A DNA stretch of 64,000 nt from an uncultured delta proteobacterium (lineage in GTDB: Bacteria > Desulfobacterota > Desulfobacteria > Desulfobacterales > JAFDCJ01): contig CAVYNY010000011.1 of the NCBI GenBank assembly GCA_963769935.1, positions 224,001 through 288,000 on the forward strand. The letters run 5' to 3'. The notes beneath the pieces are model-generated. The model saw nothing but the letters and a program-made list of their open reading frames with translations. It did not search any database and had not been told where the DNA came from. How positions within the stretch are numbered: the stretch's first letter is position 1; each line of letters opens with the position of its first letter. Made by a program: the position numbers and the translations under genes. Positions 31,776 to 43,176 of the stretch are shown one piece after another.

Positions 31776-33158
31776 TCAGCTTTTCAAATTTTTAAATATT
31801 TCATAACCCTGCAGCATTTCAAGCGCACGAATCACCTGGTTGTCGGTTTGCAGCGTTTCGAGCGTCAGCGGGCCGATTATTTGTTCGGCCTCTTTCATTT
31901 TGGAGTCCTTTTCGTCTTCCGGCTTGGGCTGCGATTCGCTCTGCGGTTTTTTAACTTTGCTCGGTTCGGCCGCCAGATGGTTTTCCAGATCTTTCTCTTT
32001 CAACAGGCCCTCTTCCTTTTTTGCAATTTCTTCAGGCTCCAGGCGCCGAAATTTTAGATAAATATCCGGCATAATGCCCTTGGCCTGTATCGAGCGATCA
32101 TTGGGGGTGTAGTACCGGGCGATTGTTAATTTCAGCCCGGAGCCGTCACGCAGGGTTTCCACTGTCTGAACCGAGCCCTTGCCGAACGAGGTTGTACCCA
32201 GGATCAGGGCCCGCTTGTGATCCTGCAGGGCGCCGGCCACGATTTCAGAAGCGCTGGCAGTGCCGCCGTTGATTAAAACCACTATCGGGTAGTCCCGTTT
32301 AATTGCCGAAGGAGTTGCATTGAAAACTTTGGTGTTTTTCTTATTGCGCCCTTTGATGGAAAGAATTTTGCCGTCATCTATGAAAAGGTCGGCTATTTTG
32401 ATGGATTGATTCAACAACCCGCCGCCGTTGTTGCGCAGATCGATGATCAGTCCTTTTAAGGGCACTCCCGAGTTTTCCATTCCGCCCAGGGCCTTTTCAA
32501 ATTCGTCGGTGGTTGTGCCGGTGAAATTTGATAAACGAATATAGCCATAACCCGGTTCTAAAAGGATCGACTTTACACTTTGAATGGGAATGACATCTCT
32601 GACTAATTCGAATTCGAGCGGTTTTTTCTCTCCTTCACGCATAATCGTGACCTTGACCTTCGTCCCCTTGGGTCCGCGCATCATATTGACTGCTTCTCTC
32701 AGGTCTTTGGCTAATTTGCCGTCGACTTTAATGATTCTGTCCTGGGCTTTTATGCCGGCTTTATAGGCGGGGGTGTCCTCAATGGGTGTAATCACCGTAA
32801 CGAAGCCGTCCTGCATGGTGATATGGATTCCGATTCCGGTAAATTTTCCCTGGGTATCGATCTGCAAATCTTCGAAAGCATCCGGCGGCAGCAACGCCGA
32901 ATGCGGGTCCAGACTCTGCACCATGCCCTGAATTGCATTTTGGATCAATTCCTTGGGATTAACTTCATCGACATATTCCCGCTCTATCAAATCGATCACA
33001 TCGGAAAGCACTTTTAATTCTTCGTAGGTATCATCATTTTTAGCCGACAGATTTTTGGCCGACAGGTCACGGTAAAATCCGGTACCAATCGTCCAGAAAA
33101 GAACGGCGATTACCATCAGTAACCACAGTTTAAATTGCCGGGGGTTATTTTTGATCAT
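31776..33158 (-). CDS. ctpA: Carboxyl-terminal processing protease (S41)
   Basis: LDPHS, PDZ GIGI, DLRNNGGGLL, TASASEIVAGALQD, FGKGSVQ; AGGAG RBS. Confidence 0.92.
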   Translation of the reverse strand: MIKNNPRQFKLWLLMVIAVLFWTIGTGFYRDLSAKNLSAKNDDTYEELKVLSDVIDLIEREYVDEVNPKELIQNAIQGMVQSLDPHSALLPPDAFEDLQIDTQGKFTGIGIHITMQDGFVTVITPIEDTPAYKAGIKAQDRIIKVDGKLAKDLREAVNMMRGPKGTKVKVTIMREGEKKPLEFELVRDVIPIQSVKSILLEPGYGYIRLSNFTGTTTDEFEKALGGMENSGVPLKGLIIDLRNNGGGLLNQSIKIADLFIDDGKILSIKGRNKKNTKVFNATPSAIKRDYPIVVLINGGTASASEIVAGALQDHKRALILGTTSFGKGSVQTVETLRDGSGLKLTIARYYTPNDRSIQAKGIMPDIYLKFRRLEPEEIAKKEEGLLKEKDLENHLAAEPSKVKKPQSESQPKPEDEKDSKMKEAEQIIGPLTLETLQTDNQVIRALEMLQGYEIFKNLKS

Positions 33159-33172
33159 TAATATACTCCTTC

Positions 33173-34469
33173 TTATCCTTTTTTTAACCACGCCAACGGG
33201 TCGACCGGCTTTCCGTGATGGCGCACTTCGAAATACAGTCTAGCCCCTTCCAATGATCCGGTGTCTCCCACGGTGGCGATAACCTCGCCGGCTTCAACTT
33301 CATCGCCTTTGGATTTAAAGGTTTCTTCCAGATGGGCATAGACGGTGTAATAATTTTGGCCATGGTCAATTATAATCATGTTGCCGTAGCCTTTGAACCA
33401 GTCGGAATACAGTACCCTGCCTTTAAAGACGGACCGGATGGGTTCGCCTTTGTCCGCTTTGAAATCGATCCCGCTGCGGAAGTTGGTAATGTTATATTTC
33501 TGGTTTTTATAAGGCCCGAATAAAGATACTATACTACCTTTAACCGGCATGATTAGCAAGCCTTTATGAGCGGAAAATGTCGATTGCGATGCAGATTCAT
33601 CCTGGTCCGTCATTTTTTAACTCTTCCCGCAACGAGTTTATTTTGTCGTCCAAATCGGCGGCGGCCTGGGTTAACGCATTTATCGCGGCCAGTTCCAGGG
33701 CTTTTTGATCGCGGATATCGGCCAGCAATTTTTGGCGCAGCGACCGCTCTTCAGACATTTGCCGTATCTGTTTTTTGTAGGCTTGCGCCCGTTCGTTTTT
33801 TTCGGTTTTGTGCTGCTCCAGGTCATGCAGCACCTTTGCAAGCTCAGCCTGATTTTTCACCATCTCATCGCGAATCGTCTCATCATAGGCCAGAATATGC
33901 TGGAGGGCCGCCTTGCGCTGGATAAATTCCTGCATTGAATCAGCGGATGCCAGCAGATCAATTGTGCCCAACCAGCTCATTTTATACATTGCCACCAGAC
34001 GCCGGGCTACATATTCTTCATTGACCCGGATGCGCTTTCTCAATTCCTCCGAGGTCCGGGATGCTTTGGTTATCTCTTTGTCCAGCTTATCGATTTCTTT
34101 GCTTAACAAGGCCGCGCGTTCTTTGCTTTGCTTGAAGGCCACTTCCACCTGGTTTAAGCGTTTTATGACATCGGTTTCTTTGCGGGTAATTGTCTCGACT
34201 TCCTGCCGGCCTTTTACTATCTCGCGGCGGATATGTTCTTGCCGCGTTTTATATTCCTCAATCCGGGTTTGCCGCCCTTCCGGCGGTTCCGGTTGCCTCT
34301 GATCTTCAATTTCCTGGGCGGATACGATGCGGATCAGGTGGCCGGCGGTACCGCCGACGGTTGCAACCGCGCAAAGAATAAGCGGACCGGCAATCAGGAG
34401 CAGAATTTTCCAATAAGATGTTGCGGGGCGGATGACCTTAGAGTTTTTTAAATTTTGGGACTTCGCCAT
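33173..34469 (-). pseudogene. envC: EnvC-like murein hydrolase activator split by a frameshift into a coiled-coil ORF (33597-34469) and an M23 ORF (33173-33613)
   Basis: Position in ftsE-ftsX-envC-ctpA-yibQ order; deleting one base of the A6 run at 33613-33618 fuses the two ORFs. Confidence 0.75.
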
Positions 34470-34553
34470 AATTGGAATGGTGGAATATTGAAATAATAGG
34501 TTTATCGCTTAGCCGGTTTGCCGAATCGGGCCAACGGGTCAACAGGCCGGGCG

Positions 34554-35435
34554 TCAGGTTTTCAGAAACTGTTTCAGCGAAATGTAGCAACCCAGCCAGC
34601 CGACCAGCATACTTCCCAGCAAAATCCGGCCTAAAATCTCCGGGGGAAGAAACGTAATATGAAAAAGGCCCGGCAAAAGGCCCTGTTCCGCATTGGAAGA
34701 GATAAACAGGAAGGCGATATACAGCAGCCCCAACCCAAAAATTGCGCCCAGAGCTCCCTGGATGATTCCCTCGAAATAAAAGGGTATCTTTATGAAATTA
34801 TCGGTTGCTCCCACCAGGCGCATAATTTCGACCTCTTCGCGTCTTGAATAGATGACAAGCCGGATCGTGTTGGCCACAATGAAGATGGCGGCCATAAAAA
34901 ACAACGTCCCCATGGCATATCCCGCCAGTCGGAACAAATTGAACATGCGAATAAAACGACCGATCCAGCGTTGGCCGTATTCAACTTCTTCAACATGGGC
35001 CAGGATCTCGATTTGAGCGGCCAGCGATTCAATTTTTTGCCAGCTGTCGGTAGTGGCGGTCATGCGAATCTCAAAACTGTCGGGCAACGGATTTTCACTG
35101 AGGTTTTCGAATAGGGAGGCCTGGTGCTGCATCTGAGATTTCAGCTGTTTGAGCGCTTCCGCTTTGGGAATATACCGCAGCCGTTGGACCCCGTCCAGAG
35201 ACTGGATGGCCTGTCTTAGATATGCCAAATCGGTGTTACTGACCCCCGGCTTAAGATAGGCCATGATGCGCAGTCCTTTGTGCCAGGAATTAATAACTTC
35301 ACCGGTATTGATAAAAAAAAGAATAAAGGCGCTGGTTATTAATATCGACAATGAAATGGTGATGATTGTGATTAAATTCAAAAATATGTTTTTGAAGATA
35401 TCATCCAGCGCTCGTCTAAAAAATAGCATTGTCAT
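34554..35435 (-). CDS. ftsX: Cell division permease FtsX
   Basis: ENPLPDSF, NTIRL, RREEVEIMRLVGATDNFIKIPF; follows ftsE. Confidence 0.92.
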   Translation of the reverse strand: MTMLFFRRALDDIFKNIFLNLITIITISLSILITSAFILFFINTGEVINSWHKGLRIMAYLKPGVSNTDLAYLRQAIQSLDGVQRLRYIPKAEALKQLKSQMQHQASLFENLSENPLPDSFEIRMTATTDSWQKIESLAAQIEILAHVEEVEYGQRWIGRFIRMFNLFRLAGYAMGTLFFMAAIFIVANTIRLVIYSRREEVEIMRLVGATDNFIKIPFYFEGIIQGALGAIFGLGLLYIAFLFISSNAEQGLLPGLFHITFLPPEILGRILLGSMLVGWLGCYISLKQFLKT

Positions 35436-36132
35436 ACTGCTTTTCGATGAAAGTGGATGTTTCAAGCCGGCCCTGTTGAAGGTGCAGGACATGCCCGCCG
35501 GTTCTGCGCATCAGGGCCTTGTCGTGGGTGGCTATTATGACGGTTGCCCCACGGATGTGTACGCCTCTGAGAAGTTCCAGAATTACTTCGGCCGACGCTT
35601 CATCCAGGCTTCCGGTGGGCTCGTCGGCCAGAATTATTTTAGGGTCTCCGATAATTGCCCTGGCAACGGCAATTCGCTGCTGCTCGCCGCCGGACAGGCT
35701 GGGCGGATATGATTTGAGGCGGTCTTCCATGCCGACCAGCCGCAGGACGCTCCTGACCTTCTTTTGGATGACCCGTTTTTTGTCGCCGGCGGCCTCAAGC
35801 ACAAGGGCAACATTGTCAAAAACGGTTTTGGTCGGAATCAGCTTGTAATCCTGAAAGATGATGCCGAATTTGCGTCTCAGTTGTGGGATGCGGTTGCGGG
35901 GAATCCGCGCAAGGTTGATGCCGTCGATCAGGATTTGCCCCTCGGATACGGGCTCTCCCAGATAAAACAGCTTTAGCAATGTAGTTTTGCCGGCCCCGCT
36001 GGGCCCGCTGATAAAGACAAATTCATTTTTGGCGATATCGAGGGTAATATCGATCAGGGCTTTTTTGGGACCGTAATTATGATGGACGTGGAACATCCGA
36101 ACGATGGAGCTCTTCTCTGCGGCGTCAATCAT
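35416..36132 (-). CDS. ftsE: Cell division ATP-binding protein FtsE
   Basis: [35 protein letters not shown]. Confidence 0.92.
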   Translation of the reverse strand: MIDAAEKSSIVRMFHVHHNYGPKKALIDITLDIAKNEFVFISGPSGAGKTTLLKLFYLGEPVSEGQILIDGINLARIPRNRIPQLRRKFGIIFQDYKLIPTKTVFDNVALVLEAAGDKKRVIQKKVRSVLRLVGMEDRLKSYPPSLSGGEQQRIAVARAIIGDPKIILADEPTGSLDEASAEVILELLRGVHIRGATVIIATHDKALMRRTGGHVLHLQQGRLETSTFIEKQYDNAIF

Positions 36133-37478
36133 TCCAGTACTTCCTGGCCGATCGCCCGATAGAGGACCGCTTTTGCTATTTTATAGTCATATAAGGCAGA
36201 GTAATAATTTGTCATTGTTTGGGTAAACAGGGTCTGGGCGACCAGCACGTCGGTAATCGTGGATACCTGTTCCTTGTAGCGTTCCTCGGTTATTCTCAGG
36301 TTTTCTTTGGCCTGCTCGATGGCTTTTTCAATGGTGACAATATTCTGTTCCGATTCGTTGGTTCGCAGAAACGCCGATTTGACCTCCTGGTTAATATCGA
36401 CCTGGACTTGTTCCTGGCGATACTTGGCCTGGGATATACGCTGCAGCTTTTCGCGTACACCGTAGGTGGTCCGTCCCCATTCCCAGAAACTCCAGGTCGC
36501 CGTGGCCCGGATATCCCAGTATTCGCTGTCGGAGATGCCTTCCCCGCCGTTGGCATCCCAATCGGTTCCGCGTTTGTAGTAATTTCCCTCCAGATTGACG
36601 GTGGGGTAGTAATCGCGCTGGGCCAGTTTATAATCTTTTTGCGAGATCTGGACTTCAAGATCGGCGACTTGAATTTCAAGCCGATTTTTTCCGGCCTGCG
36701 CCAGGCAGTAGTCGATGTCATGTTCAAAAGGTTTGTAGTCCAGGATGTCCACAATAGAAACCGGGGCATTCACCGGCCTGATCAACAGGGTATTAAACTG
36801 CGATTTGGCGATTGCCAGATTGTTTTGGGCCGTAATGAGAGCCTGCTTCGCATTGGCCAACTGGACCTGGCTCTGCAGCAAATCGTTTAAAGGGCTCATG
36901 CCGACCTGGTACATGTTTTCGGCCACATCTTTCTGGGCCGTGATCTGCTTGACGGTAATCTGGGCCACATCGAGCAGTTTCTGGGTTTTTAAAATTGAAA
37001 AATAGGCATTCTTGGCATCCAATACGATATTCTGCCGCGTGAGTTGTTGATTGATTTCAGCGACATTGAGTCCCAGGCTGGCAATTTTGTACTGGTTGAT
37101 CAGTGCAAACCCTGTAAAGATCGGCTGTGAGAAAGAGGTCACGAAATTGTATTCATCCTCAGGGCTAACCAGGACTTCCGTGATGCCGACCCCCGGCACA
37201 CCGATGGCCTGGCTCGTCGGTTGATTGCGGCGCAGATAGCTGTATCTCGAATTCAAGGTCGGCAAAAACTCGGTGGTCCGCGCATTTTTCGTATCCTGAG
37301 CAGCCCTGACTTCCGCCTCGGCTTGCTTAAGTCCCAGATTGGCCTTGAGCGCGGCGGTGATGGTTTCCTGCAGATTCAGTTTTTCTGAGGGTTCCTGGGC
37401 AAAATTCAAAACCGGATAAAATAAAATGAGTCCGATGGTGAGGCTGCAAAGCAAGTCGCTTAGCCTAGTCCGTGCCAT
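36129..37478 (-). CDS. TolC family outer membrane efflux protein
   Basis: Signal peptide and two OEP-like repeats. Confidence 0.85.
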   Translation of the reverse strand: MARTRLSDLLCSLTIGLILFYPVLNFAQEPSEKLNLQETITAALKANLGLKQAEAEVRAAQDTKNARTTEFLPTLNSRYSYLRRNQPTSQAIGVPGVGITEVLVSPEDEYNFVTSFSQPIFTGFALINQYKIASLGLNVAEINQQLTRQNIVLDAKNAYFSILKTQKLLDVAQITVKQITAQKDVAENMYQVGMSPLNDLLQSQVQLANAKQALITAQNNLAIAKSQFNTLLIRPVNAPVSIVDILDYKPFEHDIDYCLAQAGKNRLEIQVADLEVQISQKDYKLAQRDYYPTVNLEGNYYKRGTDWDANGGEGISDSEYWDIRATATWSFWEWGRTTYGVREKLQRISQAKYRQEQVQVDINQEVKSAFLRTNESEQNIVTIEKAIEQAKENLRITEERYKEQVSTITDVLVAQTLFTQTMTNYYSALYDYKIAKAVLYRAIGQEVLE

Positions 37479-37604
37479 TTTATAAGCTGCTCCTTTAATT
37501 CAACCCCGGCCCGCAATCGCTGCCGGTTAAGGATTGACCTGTAAAATATTTCCTGGTATGAAGCCGTCGAGTTCAGGGAGTGCCGTCGCCGGTTTTCCTT
37601 GCTC

Positions 37605-37660
37605 AAAGCCTCCACTGAAACCCATTAAAAAGGCTTCTTCCAAAAAGTGGAGGCTTTTTT
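37605..37660 (+). terminator. Inverted repeat AAAGCCTCCACT...AGTGGAGGCTTT followed by T run (terminator-like, large loop)
   Basis: 12-bp perfect inverted repeat and T tract. Confidence 0.35.
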
Positions 37661-37929
37661 ATATCGAATCACCCTATTGAAATCAACAGTTTATTGGCAA
37701 TGATGGCTGTCCTGTTCAGGAGTAAACCGATCGAGGCCATTGGAGCGGGCATGCACCGATGGTCCGGAAGTTGTCAAATCGGCCAGCCTGGCGGAGCGCC
37801 GGGAGGAGGGCCTGAAAATATTGGAAAATACGTGGACGTAGGCAGCAGCCGAATCAAGCGGGATGAGTTGATCGAAAGGTGGAATGAGCTCAACCGTCAG
37901 TTGTAAGCGGAAAAACGACGGACAACGGA

Positions 37930-38307
37930 CTACGGACGATTGACGATATACGTCGCACCCGCATCATCGGATTCCCAGGCCGTGACCCGGCTGACATGGG
38001 CGGTGTGATTATCGATTCTTTTCTGCAGCTCGGTGGCCACAAAAAAGGCGATATTTTCCGAAGACGGCTGGTTTTTTTGAAAGTAATCGATTTCGTTGAG
38101 ATATTTGTGGTCGAGCATGGACATGATATCGCGCACGTGTTTTTTTATGACGCCGAAGTCCAGCAAGACGCCTGCCCCGTCGGTATTTTCACCCGAGACA
38201 TAGACCTCGATCTTCCAGTTATGTCCATGCAGATTCTCACACTTTGAACCCAGCATGGTCAGTTGATGTGCGGCAGCGAATTTAGTGACGACTTTTAATT
38301 CATACAT
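37930..38307 (-). CDS. queD: 6-carboxytetrahydropterin synthase
   Basis: FAAAH, CENLHGHNW, LDHKYLN, PSSENIA, WES. Confidence 0.93.
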   Translation of the reverse strand: MYELKVVTKFAAAHQLTMLGSKCENLHGHNWKIEVYVSGENTDGAGVLLDFGVIKKHVRDIMSMLDHKYLNEIDYFQKNQPSSENIAFFVATELQKRIDNHTAHVSRVTAWESDDAGATYIVNRP

Positions 38308-38370
38308 TGCACTAAAATCCAAAATCCCAAAAATCAGATTCCAAACAATATTCGAATGCGGAGCATTAAA

Positions 38371-38467
38371 TAATTAATCCGCCGGACCTTTGAATAAACA
38401 ACTTTCTTCAGTTGTCAGGGAGCAAATTACCACCCTGATCGGCCAATTTTTCAGGGCGGATTAATTG
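38371..38467. mobile_element. 97-bp MITE-like element, copy 1 (TAATTAATCCGCC...GGCGGATTAATT)
   Basis: 12-13 bp TIRs; same length and related interior as copies at 43177-43273 and 63038-63134. Confidence 0.65.
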
Positions 38468-39576
38468 GGTGCTTCAGCCGTTCCGCCTCGGAGGATGTTT
38501 TTTAATTTCTTGGACAGCTTGTTGGATTCGAGTTTGGCGAATTCCTTCAGCAGGGCTTCCTGCTTTTTATTCAAACTGGTCGGCGTGCGGATATCAATCT
38601 GGATCAATTGATTCCCGCGCTTTCCCGTCCTCAGGGAGGGGATCCCCTCTCCGCGAAAAGACAGCACATCTCCGGGCTGGGTGCCCCTAGGTATCTGCAG
38701 GGTTTTATTGCCGTTTAGGGTCGGAATGGATATTTCATCGCCTAAAGCCGCTTGTATAAATGAAATCGGTATTCGGCAGATAATATCCGTATCACGGCGC
38801 TGGAAAAACTGGTGGGGTTCGACATTAATAAATACATATAAATCCCCCGGGGGACCGCCATGCATGCCGGGCTCGCCTTCGCCGGTCAGGCGCAGTCTTG
38901 ATCCGATGTCTACGCCGCCGGGAATTTTGACCGAAACCTTTTTGTTGACCATCACCTGGCCTGCGCCGCCGCAGCCGGCGCATGGGTGGGCTATGGCCTG
39001 ACCTTCACCGCGGCAGACAGGACAAGTTGTGCGCACGGTGAAAAACCCCTGGTTTCTTGAAATCTGACCCGCCCCGCCGCATTGGCGGCATGTTTCCGGA
39101 CCTGTTCCCGGTTCACAGCGACTGCCGTTGCAGACGGGACAAATCTCACTTTTGCCCACCTTGATCTCGGTTTCCGTACCAAAAGCAGCATCCATAAAAC
39201 TGAGGGTCATATCGAAGCGCAGGTCGGCGCCGCGCTGCACTCTGTTCCTGGAGCGCCTGCGGGTGCCAAAGCCGAAGAAATCCTCAAAAATATCGCCGAA
39301 ACTCGAAAAGATATCCTCAAACCCGCCAAAACCCGAAAATCCGGACCCTGCAAGGCCGGCATGACCGTATTGATCATACAGGGCTCTTTTTTGAGCATCC
39401 CGCAGAACTTCGTATGCTTCAGCTGCTTCTTTAAATTTTTCTTCAGCTTCTTTATCGTCGGGATTTCTATCCGGATGATACTGTAAGGCAAGTTTGCGGT
39501 AGGAAGCTTTTAGCTCAATTTCGGTGGCGTTGCGGCTCACACTCAGAATTTCATAATAATCCCGTTTGGTACCCAT
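38461..39576 (-). CDS. dnaJ: Molecular chaperone DnaJ
   Basis: HPD J-domain, G/F region, four CxxCxGxG-type repeats. Confidence 0.95.
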   Translation of the reverse strand: MGTKRDYYEILSVSRNATEIELKASYRKLALQYHPDRNPDDKEAEEKFKEAAEAYEVLRDAQKRALYDQYGHAGLAGSGFSGFGGFEDIFSSFGDIFEDFFGFGTRRRSRNRVQRGADLRFDMTLSFMDAAFGTETEIKVGKSEICPVCNGSRCEPGTGPETCRQCGGAGQISRNQGFFTVRTTCPVCRGEGQAIAHPCAGCGGAGQVMVNKKVSVKIPGGVDIGSRLRLTGEGEPGMHGGPPGDLYVFINVEPHQFFQRRDTDIICRIPISFIQAALGDEISIPTLNGNKTLQIPRGTQPGDVLSFRGEGIPSLRTGKRGNQLIQIDIRTPTSLNKKQEALLKEFAKLESNKLSKKLKNILRGGTAEAPN

Positions 39577-39799
39577 TTATACTACCGTGCCATTCCGACG
39601 TCTTGAAATTTTTTCCCCGCTGTTTTTTGGGAAATTATCTTGTTTTTCGAGGTAAAATATCTTGTCGGGTCGTTGATAACTCCCCTTTGGATGCTTAATC
39701 GGCATTCAAATGTTGTCACTAATGTAATGCAAGAATGGTTGTTGTCAATTTATAATGAATCACCGCATCTGCTGCATTTTTGATGTCGCCCCGCGGGGG

Positions 39800-41728
39800 C
39801 TACAGGATGATCCGGCCGGTTTTTTCCGTGCTGTATCCGCCCAACTCTTCTGCGCGGCGCTTAAATTCGCGGCTATTGATGGTTTCAAGCATCAGCCGAA
39901 TATTATCCGATTCAAAGTGGGCCAGCGGGATGATCAAATCATATTGCTCCGTGACCACCGGAATAAATTCAAGATTCAGCGCTTTGGCGGCGGCATAAAT
40001 TCCCAGACCGGTATCCACCGTACCGCTGAGGACTGCCACCGCCACGGCCATGTGCGTGAACTCTTCATGCCGGTAGCCGACGATAGCCTCCGGATCGATG
40101 CCGATTTGGTTCAGACGATAGTCAAGCAGAATCCGGGTGCCGGAACCCGGCTGGCGGTTGATAAATGCGATATCTTTGCGGGCCAGATCTTCGATGCCCT
40201 TAATGCCCTTGGGATTTCCCCGTCCAACAATCAACCCCTGATCGCGGTAAACCAGATTGACCAGTTTTACATCAAGTCCCGCTAAATATTTCGCAATATA
40301 GGTTACATTGTACGAGCCGTCTTCGGTATCCAGCAGATGCGACCCCGCCAGGTGGCAGGCACCTCTCTTGATGGCCATCAATCCCCCCATGCTTCCGACA
40401 TGGCTGGAAGAAATGGTCAGGTGGCTGTGTTTAGCCTTGATCATGTCGGCCAAGACATCCAGCGTGTTATCGTGGCTGCCGACAATGACAATGGTATTCT
40501 GCACGGAAGAAAGCGGGCGCAGCAACTCAGCCACGGCCGTCTCGTTATCTTTTAACCCTTCAATATGGTTTGGTATGCGAATGATGCCGTCGGCTTCGGT
40601 GATTGAGGTAATACAGCCGGCCCCTCTGGGCAGGGGAGTTGCCACGATCCGGTCGCCGACCTGTCCGAGCTTTACCCGCAAGAATTCCTCGACGCCGAGT
40701 TTGGAAGCAATTTTTCGAGTGGGTTCAACCTCAATCGTTTGAACAGCAGGGTCGGGTTGTCCCAGCATTCGATTGAGTATGGGGCGAACGAACTGTTCAA
40801 AGGCAATGATAGCCGACACCGGATATCCCGGAATGCCGAATACGGGTTTGCCGCGCACGGAGCCGATTACCACCGGTTTGCCGGGCATAATGGTAACGCC
40901 ATGCACCAGAACCGTGCCGAGGTCCAAGATTACGCTTTTGGCAAAGTCTTCCGAACCGGCCGAAGATCCACCCAGCACTAAAATCATTTGATAATCTTCA
41001 TTAACGGCCTGATCCACCACCTGTTTGATCTTGGCCGGATCATCTGCCAGCATTTCATGGCGGATGTAAGCTCCACCGAATTTTTCGACCAGGCTGCCCA
41101 GCATAAAGGAGTTGGTTTCGAGCACCTGACCGGGCTTGAAGCTATCGAGCGGCCGGGTGCGCCAGTCGAAAAGTTCCGATCCGGTAGGGATGATCAGAAT
41201 GCGCGGTTTTTTTTTGACCGGGACTTCAAATATCCCACCGGTCAGAAGGGCGCCTACACAATAGGGGGTAATGACATGATTTTGCGGAAAAAGAAGCTCG
41301 GTTGCCACCATATCTTCACCCACCTTGCGCACATTCTGCCAGGGAAACACCGGCTTATCGATTTCTACGCGCTCATCGTCTACCAGATTTACCTGCTCGA
41401 TCATGATCACGGCATCGGTTTCCCGCGGCATCACATTTCCGGTGTTCACATAAAAAGCATCACGATCGATCCGGAGCCCTTTGACGGCGGCCTCACTGGC
41501 CCCGAATGTAACTTCGGCCTTGACGGCCAGGCCATCCATAGCGGCCGCATTAAAATGAGGCGCAGAAATTCCGGCATACACGGGTTCGGCCAGCACCCGT
41601 CCAACCGCCTGCGGAACAGAGATTTTCTCAGCTGCTGGAAAATTCTCTCCGGGAAAATGCGCAGCGACGATTTGCCGGGCTTCCTGCAGGGTTTTCATTT
41701 CTAAATAAACGTTGCGTTTAGATCCCAT
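39800..41728 (-). CDS. moeA: Molybdopterin biosynthesis protein MoeA fused to a PBP/LysR-type substrate-binding domain
   Basis: AAMDGLAV, TGSEL, GGSSAG, GIPGYPVS; C-terminal GSHD, GSMGGL, INRQPGSGTR. Confidence 0.9.
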   Translation of the reverse strand: MGSKRNVYLEMKTLQEARQIVAAHFPGENFPAAEKISVPQAVGRVLAEPVYAGISAPHFNAAAMDGLAVKAEVTFGASEAAVKGLRIDRDAFYVNTGNVMPRETDAVIMIEQVNLVDDERVEIDKPVFPWQNVRKVGEDMVATELLFPQNHVITPYCVGALLTGGIFEVPVKKKPRILIIPTGSELFDWRTRPLDSFKPGQVLETNSFMLGSLVEKFGGAYIRHEMLADDPAKIKQVVDQAVNEDYQMILVLGGSSAGSEDFAKSVILDLGTVLVHGVTIMPGKPVVIGSVRGKPVFGIPGYPVSAIIAFEQFVRPILNRMLGQPDPAVQTIEVEPTRKIASKLGVEEFLRVKLGQVGDRIVATPLPRGAGCITSITEADGIIRIPNHIEGLKDNETAVAELLRPLSSVQNTIVIVGSHDNTLDVLADMIKAKHSHLTISSSHVGSMGGLMAIKRGACHLAGSHLLDTEDGSYNVTYIAKYLAGLDVKLVNLVYRDQGLIVGRGNPKGIKGIEDLARKDIAFINRQPGSGTRILLDYRLNQIGIDPEAIVGYRHEEFTHMAVAVAVLSGTVDTGLGIYAAAKALNLEFIPVVTEQYDLIIPLAHFESDNIRLMLETINSREFKRRAEELGGYSTEKTGRIIL

Positions 41729-41750
41729 TTTCGCTCCAACTGGCAGAAGT

Positions 41751-41908
41751 GGAATGGATTCGATTTTTTATGTTTATTTAGACAGGATCAACAGGATTAT
41801 CAGGGATTTTTTCGCCTGCGGCGAGGGGCCTTTCGGCCGAAGGCCGCCTTATCCTAACGATCCTGTTGATCCTGTCCAATTTTTTACTTTAAAATAAGAA
41901 TCCATTCC
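41751..41908. repeat. MITE-like palindromic element, TIR GGAATGGATTC...GAATCCATTCC
   Basis: 11-bp TIR, nested GACAGGATCAACAGGAT/ATCCTGTTGATCCTGTC arms; related to 1541-1676. Confidence 0.65.
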
Positions 41909-41947
41909 TCTCTTTTCCCAATTCTTTATTTCAAGAACCACAGCGCC

Positions 41948-43174
41948 TTACAGCGGAATCACCTCCACCTCGGCACCTTTATCCAGCCCCTCCGTATTCA
42001 TGCCGATTTCGATCAGCCCGTCTGCTTTTACCATGGTATTGATTAACCCCGATTTGCCTAAAATGGGTTCGGCCCACCGGATTCCCTCATTATGGTATGT
42101 GCGGACGCGAATATAATCCACCCGGCCCTGAGCCGATGCGATGTTTCGGCTGAGTCGGGCGGTCAGCCGCGAATCCCTTGCGGCTGCGCGACAGCCGCTG
42201 ATGTGATCAATAAAGGGCCTGACAATACGTGCAAACACAATCATGGCGGAAACCACATGTCCGGGCAATCCCCAGAACGCCTTGTTTTTTATTCCGGCCA
42301 AAATTGTCGGTTTGCCCGGGCTGATGGAAATTCCGTGAAACAGGATGGCGGCGTCTTGCATTGCGGATATGACGTCGATGGTAAAATCGCGGGCGCCCAC
42401 CGAACTGCCCCCGGATACCAGAACCATATTGCACTGGTTCAAGGCCTGGGTGCTTTTTGCCAGCAGCGCCTGGTAGTCATCGGGCACAATTCCAAATTGT
42501 ATCGGCCTGGCCCCCGACTCCTGAATCAATCCCGCAAGGGTATAGGTATTGATGTCACGTATCCGGCCCGGTCCGGGAACCTCGCCCACGGGGACAATTT
42601 CATCTCCGGTGGAAATGATGCCGATAATCGGTTTTTTATATACCGTAACCACCTGACTGCCCAGCGCCGCCAGCATGCCGGCTTCCTGAGGTCTGATGCG
42701 GCGTCCGCCGGTCAGGGCAATTTCACCTTTTTTAAGGTCTTCGCCAACCGTCACCATATTCTGGCCGGGTGCAACACTGCGGTACACCTCAATGGTGGTA
42801 TTATCGATGGCCTCAGTGTGCTCCAGCATGACAACGCTGTCGGCGCCTGCCGGCAGCATGCCGCCGGTTGAAATCCGCACGGCTTCACCCGGTCCTATCG
42901 AGATTTTTGGAGAAACTCCCATGGCTACGGTTCCGGTTACAGTCAGATATGCCGGATTGCCTTCACTGGCGCCAAAGGTGGATGATCCTTTGACTGCAAA
43001 ACCGTCCATGATCGAACGGGAAAAATCCGGCAGATCGATGTCGGAGCGGATATCGGTCGCCAGTATTCTGCCCCCCGATTCCGTCAGGGGAATACTTTCG
43101 GTCGGCATGAGCGGAAACAGCTGCCTGTATTCGAGGACCTGATCGATTGTTTTAACTTTGAAAAATTCTTTCAT
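41948..43174 (-). CDS. moeA: Molybdopterin molybdotransferase MoeA
   Basis: SIMDGFAV, ISTGG, STGDEI, SGGSSVG, PGKPT, GLPGH. Confidence 0.92.
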   Translation of the reverse strand: MKEFFKVKTIDQVLEYRQLFPLMPTESIPLTESGGRILATDIRSDIDLPDFSRSIMDGFAVKGSSTFGASEGNPAYLTVTGTVAMGVSPKISIGPGEAVRISTGGMLPAGADSVVMLEHTEAIDNTTIEVYRSVAPGQNMVTVGEDLKKGEIALTGGRRIRPQEAGMLAALGSQVVTVYKKPIIGIISTGDEIVPVGEVPGPGRIRDINTYTLAGLIQESGARPIQFGIVPDDYQALLAKSTQALNQCNMVLVSGGSSVGARDFTIDVISAMQDAAILFHGISISPGKPTILAGIKNKAFWGLPGHVVSAMIVFARIVRPFIDHISGCRAAARDSRLTARLSRNIASAQGRVDYIRVRTYHNEGIRWAEPILGKSGLINTMVKADGLIEIGMNTEGLDKGAEVEVIPL

Positions 43175-43176
43175 CC

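Noticed and set aside
38371..38467. Integron attC site interpretation of the 97-bp elements
   Set aside because: No RYYYAAC/GTTRRRY core sites, no integrase and no cassette array
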